Position numbers and translations under genes: made by a program. This document shows positions 55,489 through 64,000 of a DNA stretch of 64,000 bases, one piece after another. Below the pieces are notes generated by a model. That model was not told the origin of the DNA. It did no database searches and worked only from the letters and a program-made list of their open reading frames with translations. Source of the stretch: Eledone cirrhosa (Eukaryota); NCBI GenBank assembly GCA_964016885.1, contig OZ024742.1, positions 299,646,001-299,710,000 of the forward strand, given 5' to 3'. Within the stretch, counting starts at the first letter, position 1; every line of letters begins with the position of its first letter.

Positions 55489-55730
55489 GGAGGCACGTGG
55501 CCTAGTGGTAAGAGTGTTGGGCTTACGATCATAATGTCGTGGGTTCGATTCCTGGGTTGCGTGTTGTGTTCTTGAGCAAAACACTTCATTTCACGTTGCT
55601 CCAGTATACTCAGCTGAAAATGAGTACCAGCAATAGCTGGAGGTTTAACTCTGCGATGGACTGGCGTCCTCTCTGTCGCTTGACGCCATGAAACCGGGAT
55701 AAGCACCGGCCCAATGAGCCTTCTGGCTTT
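55489..55730 (+). mobile_element. tRNA-derived SINE with a different 3' body
   Basis: ggaggcacgtggcctagtggtaagag (A box), gggttcgattcc (B box), then ..gcgatggactggcgtcc..gaaaccgggataagcaccggcc. Confidence 0.8.
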
Positions 55731-57427
55731 AGATATCTATATTCACTTTTATACGAGTTAGCTTACATATTAGCATTGCTATTGTTGTTCTTGATCCACA
55801 TGTTAGTTTCACATGAGCTGGCTTACGTTTAAAGACGTTTCAAACGTGATCACCTGATCTTTCATTCAGCCAGTATATCTAGGATTGCTTTCTTTCAGAT
55901 GGCGAAGCATGGTTTGAAAGAAATGTTGCTGCTATTTCTAGCAGTTTCAGCAATAGTGTTGAGGCGCCACTTCTTGATTGGCTCATATGTATGTGTATGT
56001 GTATGCATATATGTGTATGCATGTATTTGCATTTCTGTGTATGAATAATTATGCATACATTATACAAACAATAAACATACAAATACATTGATATACATTC
56101 AAAAGGTATAAACACATATATACATAAATACAGTTCTATACTCATGTATGTGTCAGGAAGTGTGTGTGGGTGCATAAAATATACACACAGTTGCATTCTA
56201 TAATATATATATCTATCTCAATATATGTGTGTGTACATATGTTTGTGGGTAAACTACACACACACACACACACACACAAATATTCACACACCCTATCCAC
56301 ACACCAACGACGCCTTTTCAACATGTCCTCTTCACTTGTTGGAAATAACAGTTTAATCTCCCTTGCATCACACTCTACAACCTTCAAACAAAACCCACAC
56401 ATTGGATACTGTAATCCCAGATATACTATGACTGTAAATAATGAAGGTGTTATTCACGGTTGGAATGCCTTTCAGCATATGTCTGCTCGACCAACATCAA
56501 TAACAGCTCTATGCTCTAATACATGCAGAAGACTCGGCCTTTATGTGGTCGCTCACCTTCAAGTAGTCAGATACCCGCCAAAAGACACCCTACCGTTTTG
56601 AAAAAAGAAAAACAGATTTGAAAATACAATCCCAGTACATAAAAGTTAGGCTTGTCATGGGTGGAACGCTTTGGTTACATGTCTGATTAATCAGGGTTAA
56701 TCTGAGTCTTACCCATAATATCACAAACACACACAAATACAGAAGGTCTATGTGGACGATATAACTGTTGCTAGAAGTAACAGTCAAATTTCTTTCAAAA
56801 CACCTCAGCGTTTTGAAAACGAAAGAACAATTAAATAATGTAGTTCACCAGTATATATAAAGGACGTGATTGTCATGAGCGGAGTGCCTTTGATCAGGTC
56901 TAATCTGTGTCTAAGCAGCCACACAAATGTAGGCACACACATGCATGCATGTATAATACATACATACATACATACATACATACATACATACATACATACA
57001 TACATACATACATACATACATACATACATACATACATACATACATACATACATACATGCATACATACATACAAGCAGAGCGTTGTCTCTTGGCGTGCTAG
57101 AAATAGCAGTTCAATCTCCATGTTGTTTTATTAAAAAAATAGAAAAGACATGTTAAAGCTGCGGTTGCCAACCTGTTCTGTAGTCCCTGGGATGGGGGTC
57201 TGCAAAAGGGGATTCTTGAGCTTGTTGAATAAGTAAATAGACCTTTTAAAAGTTTGTTACATCGTTAGGAAAATAAACGAGGCCCTTGGTAGTGGAAACA
57301 TTGGGAAACATTGCATTAGAAAATCTAACCCCTCATAGACATGAATAGAAGATAGTCAAGGTCTGTTCAATCAGGACAGAAATAACACAAGCAATAAGAA
57401 TGGCATGATATGGTATGGTACGGTGTA

Positions 57428-57740
57428 GTCCCGTAACTCCTGATAGAGTCGTAGGAGCGCCGTATTGACATACGGCGTTTCTTGGGCATTTTTAAGCCTG
57501 GCGGAGTCCATCCCTCTTCAGGCCTGAGTACAGCAGCTTTCTACCAGAGAGAGGTAGAAAGTGAGAGAGAGGAAATAAGAAAAAGATATAGGGGATGAAT
57601 CGACCCCAGTACTAGAATGGTATTTATTTTTATCGACCTCGAAAGGATGAAAGGCAAAGTTGACCTCTCAGAGAACAGGGAGTCGAAACGGATACCATAA
57701 AGCATTCTACCCGAGGTTCTAACAACTCTGCCAATTCACG
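57428..57740 (-). mobile_element. SINE family-1 variant with extended tail, second copy
   Basis: Homologous to 5820-6125. Confidence 0.75.
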
Positions 57741-58464
57741 GCCTAAGAACGGCATCCGAAGATGCAAATATGAGCTACAGCCGTCACACGCAATTGAGTA
57801 TGACTTGGTAGTATCTACCACGCTTTTGCTAAGGGATGTATGTACCCCATGCAGTTGTGAGCAAAGAGAGTCACTCTCGACACTCCCTTCTTTGATCCAA
57901 CGGATTAATCTAGGATGTGCCAACTGGAAGGAGAAAGGACTACACTACTACTTGAATGGTACTTTCTTTATAGACACCGAAGGGGTGAAAACACAGTGGA
58001 CCTCGACAGGTTTGAACACTGGACGCTGAGACACAGAACAAATATCCTACCTTCTAACGATTCTGCCAAACATGCATATACACACATTTCTGTAGCGCCA
58101 GTCGACACTCCGGTATATTTTTCAGCTGTGTTTACAAACACTACAGACAGCTGTATGTATCGGGTGGGAGGTCGTCGAGGGTACATTCATGCAAAGTACA
58201 GAAGTCGCTATAATCCAAAACGTAATATTTGTGTTTGTGGTGGTGGTCGTCGTGATGGTGATGTTTACACCACATATACGTGTATATATATATGGGTGTC
58301 ATGTGTATGTATTATATAATGTGTATGTTTTATATAATATTTCTGTACGAGGAGGAGTTTATAAATTTGTGGGAGCTTCTCTATACTCACGCGATATGAT
58401 GTATTCGTGTATATATGCTTCCGTGTGTGTATGTTTTTCATCGAGGTATTTAAATGCATACATA

Positions 58465-58526
<62 letters not shown>

Positions 58527-58528
<2 letters not shown>

Positions 58529-58659
58529 AGTTATTTCGGGTTGAATCGGGGGTAACCACAGTAAGTAAGGTACTCAATACATAGCAGAGTATAAAAGTTT
58601 TAATATAGATGAGATTCTACAGGACTAGAACTGTTTCGTTCGTGAGAAATCATCAGGGA

Positions 58660-58661
<2 letters not shown>
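58527..58661 (-). mobile_element. Family-A HHR element (HHR 58613-58661)
   Basis: Minus strand: gctcc-CTGATGA-tttctcacgaac-GAAAC-ag-ttctagtc-ct-GT-A-gaatc; the core is intact; flanked by (TA)n. Confidence 0.78.
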
Positions 58662-58708
<47 letters not shown>

Positions 58709-58741
58709 AATTACACACATACATACATTACATACACACAC

Positions 58742-58807
<66 letters not shown>

Positions 58808-59011
58808 GATCATTTGTAAGTTATACACACGTTTCTATATAGGTATATTTATTTGTTTATTTCACCTAGACATTGGTCATATCCCTAATTTCAAAGTCTT
58901 GTAAACCATTCTTGGTTAATAAATATTAAAATCAGACGAATTCAGACACTCATTATAAGGGCCTATGCCTGTCGAGTTAGTTACCCCTTTAATGTACTTT
59001 AACACATACAT

Positions 59012-59120
<109 letters not shown>

Positions 59121-59146
59121 AATATATATGTGCGTGTGTCTATAAG

Positions 59147-59183
<37 letters not shown>

Positions 59184-59387
59184 TATACATATATATATAT
59201 ATACATACATACATGCATGCATACACACACACGTACATACATACATGCATACATTCATACATACATACATATAAACATACATACATACATACATATTTAT
59301 ATATAGACATATATATATGTATATATGTATGTATATATATTTATATATATATGTGTGTGTATATATGTATATATATATATATGTATA

Positions 59388-59456
<69 letters not shown>

Positions 59457-60337
59457 GAGACGTATAGAGATTCTTATATATATATATATATATAGATATA
59501 TGCATTTATACAACAGGAAATAATAATTAAGTACACGTTACGTACCTGAGGTTTAGTTTGAAAACAAAGCAATTTTTGATAAATCCAAGGGCGGTATAGG
59601 AATCCAGAGGAAACGACTCGGAGATGTGATACACATATACACTGAGAGAAGGAGAGAGGGAGAAGGGCAGAAAGAGAAAGGGGGTGAGAAATATTAAGAG
59701 ACAGAGATATATAGAGATTGAGAGAGGGCAAAGATGTAAGGAGAGAGGCAAAAATATAGACTAACGTAGAGAGAGATTATGACAGAGACATATGGAAACT
59801 GAGAGACGGGAGGAGACAGCGAGAGCGAGAGAAGCAGACACTGAGAATGAGTGATAAAGATCAAACGACAGAGACATATACTGACTGAGAAGCAGTGATA
59901 GTGAGAGAGAGAAGCAGAAACAGGGAGTGGGTAGAAGTGAGAGAGAGACGGCCATATAGAGAGAGGGGGAAAGTTATTAAGAAGCAGAGACATATAAAAT
60001 CTGAGGGAGAGACAGAAACATAGAGAATAAGAGAGAGAGAGAGAAAGATTAAGACACGGAGACGTATAGAGATTGAGAGACAGAAAGAGAGAGGGGGAGG
60101 CCAAAATATTGACTGAGTGAGGGTGAGAGAACTAGAGATGAAGTGATTAAGAGATTGAGGTAGAGAAAAGGGGTGGTTAAGAGAAGGAGAATGAAAGGAA
60201 GAAAGTGAATGAATGAGTGAATGACTGAATGAGTGAGATAACCAGAGGATGATTCGGAGAAAGAAATAGTGATACTAGATGAACGATTGCCGGAGAACTA
60301 AACACAAGTAAATATATAGAAAGACTAACTGATTGTT

Positions 60338-60459
60338 TGTTAACAGCCGATTGTGTGTGTGTGTGTGTGTGTGTGTGTTAACAGCCGATCGTTGTGTGTG
60401 TGTGTGTGTGTGTGTTAACAGCCGATCGTTGTGTGTGTGTGTGTGTTAACAGCCGATCG

Positions 60460-60499
<40 letters not shown>

Positions 60500-60510
60500 A
60501 CAGCCGATCG

Positions 60511-60573
<63 letters not shown>

Positions 60574-60586
60574 TGTTAACAGCCGA

Positions 60587-60634
<48 letters not shown>

Positions 60635-60790
60635 ACAGCCGATCGTTGTGTGTGTGTGTGTGTTAACAGCCGATCGTTGTGTGTATGTGTGTGTGCGTGT
60701 GTGTGTGTGTGTGTGCGCGTGTGTGTGTGTGTGTTCGTGTGTGTGTGCGTGTGTGTTAACCGCCGATCGTTGTGTGTGCGTGTGTGTGTG
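60338..60790. repeat. Minisatellite GTTAACAGCCGATCGTT plus variable (GT)n
   Basis: About nine constant 17-mers separated by (GT)n of varying length. Confidence 0.92.
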
Positions 60791-60979
60791 TGGAAGTGTG
60801 TGGATCTGTAACTGTGCAACTATGTGTGTGTATTATTATTTTTTTGCGTGTATGTGTGTTGATGTTTATGTGTTTGTCTGTTAAGTGATGAAAATATAGA
60901 AATACAGGTAAAGTGAGAGTGTGTAATAGTGGTGTAAGAAAAGAGAGAGAGATGTACAGTGAATGAGAGATAGAGGGAG

Positions 60980-61016
60980 ACAGAGATGGAGAGAGATATA
61001 ACAAATATAGAGATAC

Positions 61017-61047
<31 letters not shown>

Positions 61048-61299
61048 GAGAGAGAGAGTGGGAGCGATGGAGGGAGATATAACAAATATAGATACTGTGA
61101 GAGAGAGGAAGAGAGAGAGAGAGAACGATGGGGAGAGATATAACAAATATAGAGATACTGTGAGAGAGAGAAAGAGAGAGAGAGAGAACGATGGAGAGAG
61201 ATATAACAAATATAGAGATACTGTGAGAGAGAGAAAGAGAGAGAGAGAGAACGATGGAGAGAGATATAACAAATATAGAGATACTGTGAGAGAGAGAAA

Positions 61300-61325
<26 letters not shown>
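60980..61325. repeat. ~62-bp GA-rich minisatellite
   Basis: gagatataacaaatatagagatactgtgagagagag..aacgatgg repeated about five times. Confidence 0.9.
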
Positions 61326-61348
<23 letters not shown>

Positions 61349-61538
61349 GGTGTTATTTTAAATGAATATATTCTTAACTGTTTGAGTAGATCGATAGAAA
61401 GATAGATATATACAATGGTAGAGAGGATAGAGGTGCAAGGAAAGATAGAGAGATAGAATGATAGGGAGAGAGAGAGGGAAAGGAGGTACAGGGAAAGATA
61501 GAGAGATAGAATAGAGATGCAGAGAAAGATAGAGAGAG

Positions 61539-61602
<64 letters not shown>

Positions 61603-62434
61603 ATATATATAGAGAGAGAGTTATATATAGAGAGAGAAAGGAGATACAGAAGATAAAAAGATTAAAGAAGACTGCGAGTTTAAGAAGATAAAGGTTAGGC
61701 GAATGTGTGGACCATCCCTTTTAGAGAGGGGAGAGAAGGGGAGATTAGTCAAGTCAGTATCGTAACTAATGCTAAGAATGGTTTTTAACACATTGTTGTG
61801 CCAGAGGATTTTACCGGTGGTGGAGTTGTGGTGGTGGTGGTGGTGGAGTTGTGGTGGTGGTGCTGGTGCTGGTGGTGGTGGTGGTGGTGTTGGTTGGTGG
61901 TGGTGGTGGTGGAGTTTGGTGCTGGTGGTGGTGGTGGTGGTGTGATGGTGGTGGTGGTAGTGATTATGATGATGATGATGGTGATGATGACGGTGGTGGT
62001 GGTAGTGGTGGTAGTGATGGTGATGATAACAATAGCCTCAACAAGAACAACAGTGATATAGAGAGAGGAGAGGAGCAGATAGACAGATGATGCGGTCAGA
62101 ATTGTATGTAAAACAACATTTGTATACAATTGAAATATAAACACTAACAGTATATATGTTACTTCCGTCAATAACATTTACATAGAGTATATGAAAGTAT
62201 ATACTAATACATATACATACGTACGCTTTCAGTCACACACACACATGTGTGTGCTTCTTTTCTACACAGGTATATATGGATAAATAGAGAGATAGAGAGA
62301 TAGAGAAATAGAGTAAGCGATGGATATATATGTATATGTAGGCATATATGTATATATGTATATACATATATGTGTTTGTGTATAGATCAATTTAAAAAAA
62401 AAAAAAAACAGGTGAAGGTAGATAGTTAGTTCAT

Positions 62435-62565
62435 CGTTTTACGATCGTTTCAGAAGGTCCATTGACTGGTGGAGATTGATATACCGAGAAGCATGATAGT
62501 GGTTAAGTTACTACCTATTTCTAGCCTCGAAATCCTTGTTCAATCGGCCGTATTCCTCAGAAACA
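62435..62565 (-). ncRNA. Type I hammerhead with a ~100-nt stem II insertion (family G)
   Basis: Minus strand: tgttt-CTGAGGA-(~100 nt)-GAAAC-GATC-GT-A-aaacg; stem III is the palindrome ACGATCGT. Confidence 0.6.
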
Positions 62566-62600
62566 AATTTAATATAGAAATGGCTTCTACAGGACTAGAA

Positions 62601-62665
<65 letters not shown>

Positions 62666-64000
62666 ATTCCTTAGATCCTTAGAGATTGTTTTTGTAAAAA
62701 AGCAGGAGCGTAGTTTGTAGTTACGTTGCAGATACAGTATAATAAATGTTTACTTTTAATAAAATTAATAACGAGGCTGATGTTACATAAATCGTTTATT
62801 CATCATAATTATTTCAACGGTTCTCCTATGCAATTAAGATGCAATTCATGCATTTGTTGTTATGAGAATGGTATCCTCAGATGAAATTCGATTTTGTGAT
62901 ATGCCGCCGACAGGAAAGACACTTCTGCTCCTACAACCCGAGAGAGTGTAACAAATGGTTGTCCGCATGAGATGGAGAAAGACGGGTAAGGATGGGTTCA
63001 ATGGTGGGGGAGGAGTAGGAGGTTGAGTGGAAGTTGAGGCGGAAACCTCGGGTAATGAAGTAGTGGGGAGGAGACCTGAGTATCGTAACGTGATTTTGTG
63101 AAGAAGAGATTGGCGTGAAGCAAGGAGGAATTGATGCAAATAGAGGGTAGATGGTGGAGGATGGGTTTGGGGTGTGGAATAGAGCTGGCGGTGGAAGGAT
63201 TTGAGATTGGGCATGATTGAGGGCTGAGTGTGTGGAGAGGGTGGAGAAGCGACAGAGTGGAGAAGCGACAGAGTGAGACTAGCAGTTCGGCAGAGAAATA
63301 GACTTGAGGTGGAGACAAGGTGAGTCTAGGTGGGGCGGAGAAATAAACGTGAGGTGGTGGATAGAAGAGGCAAAAACACACAGGTGGAGGTTAGAGTAAA
63401 GAGTGGGAGGAAACTAGATAGTGTACCGGGCTGAGAGAGAAATAGAATGGTGAGATGGAGAAGATGAGAAGGGAGTAGTCAGAGAGAACTGTAGATAAAA
63501 AGTGAGTGTGAGTCGTGAGATATTGGTGTAATGCAAATGGATCTAAAGAATGTGCCAGGTTGCATAAATTATTACTAGGATCAACATGCTCATCTAAATC
63601 CCTTAAAGACGGTTCCCCGGCAAGACTGAAACTAGTAAAAAAAAAACAACTAAATTGTTCTAAACCAGCTTTAAGAAATTCTTTCCTTTCATAAAGTAAC
63701 ATTCTGTAATTCAAACATTTCCGGAATTCAGTGTCCTAATTGTTCTATCAAAGGAACAACTCGTCAAATATACGTTCAAGTGTCTCAGCATTCTACTGCT
63801 GCAAGTAGTATTGAAATAATTCTCAATGAGATTTAGCATGACACTATGTGACAAGGCTTGTCCTTTCATTTACGTATACACTCCATTCGAAGGGTTACCA
63901 AACAGTTACCGTCCACCCAATTTCACTCACAAGACTTGGGTCGACAGGGATTATATGCAAGTTATCACACATCGAACCAAAGAGCTTATGATTGCAAAGC

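Noticed and set aside
60338-60790. CRISPR-like constant 17-mer with spacers
   Set aside because: The spacers are only (GT)n of varying length, the context is eukaryotic, and there are no cas genes; it is a minisatellite.
61785-62090. Poly-Thr/His/Pro or poly-Val/Gly ORFs
   Set aside because: Translation of a (GGT)n/(GAT)n trinucleotide repeat.

Overview
Repeat-dominated animal genomic DNA, most likely Octopus (inferred from the abundant (TA)n/(TG)n/(GA)n microsatellites and cephalopod-type tRNA-derived SINEs). No host protein-coding gene is recognisable, and the many I/Y/C/V-rich ORFs are microsatellite artefacts. Real coding remnants all come from retroelements: a 5'-truncated RTE LINE with an open RT frame and a PHD-like Cys/His finger (14.1-16.5 kb), a frameshifted Tx1/L1-type LINE in (GATA)n (31.1-33.7 kb), a Penelope-like GIY-YIG remnant with a downstream hammerhead ribozyme (38.4-40.8 kb), a CR1/L2-type 3' end, and a CRE-type RLE fragment. 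The main unexplained signal is about 15 hammerhead-ribozyme (HHR) motifs from roughly ten sequence-unrelated, non-coding elements, mostly set in (TA)n runs and often arranged as partial tandems plus inversions. They include a 595-nt tandem unit with a U3-A8 covariant core and a palindrome-conserving stem III, which looks like a retrozyme-like system. All structures were folded by eye and none is experimentally verified.
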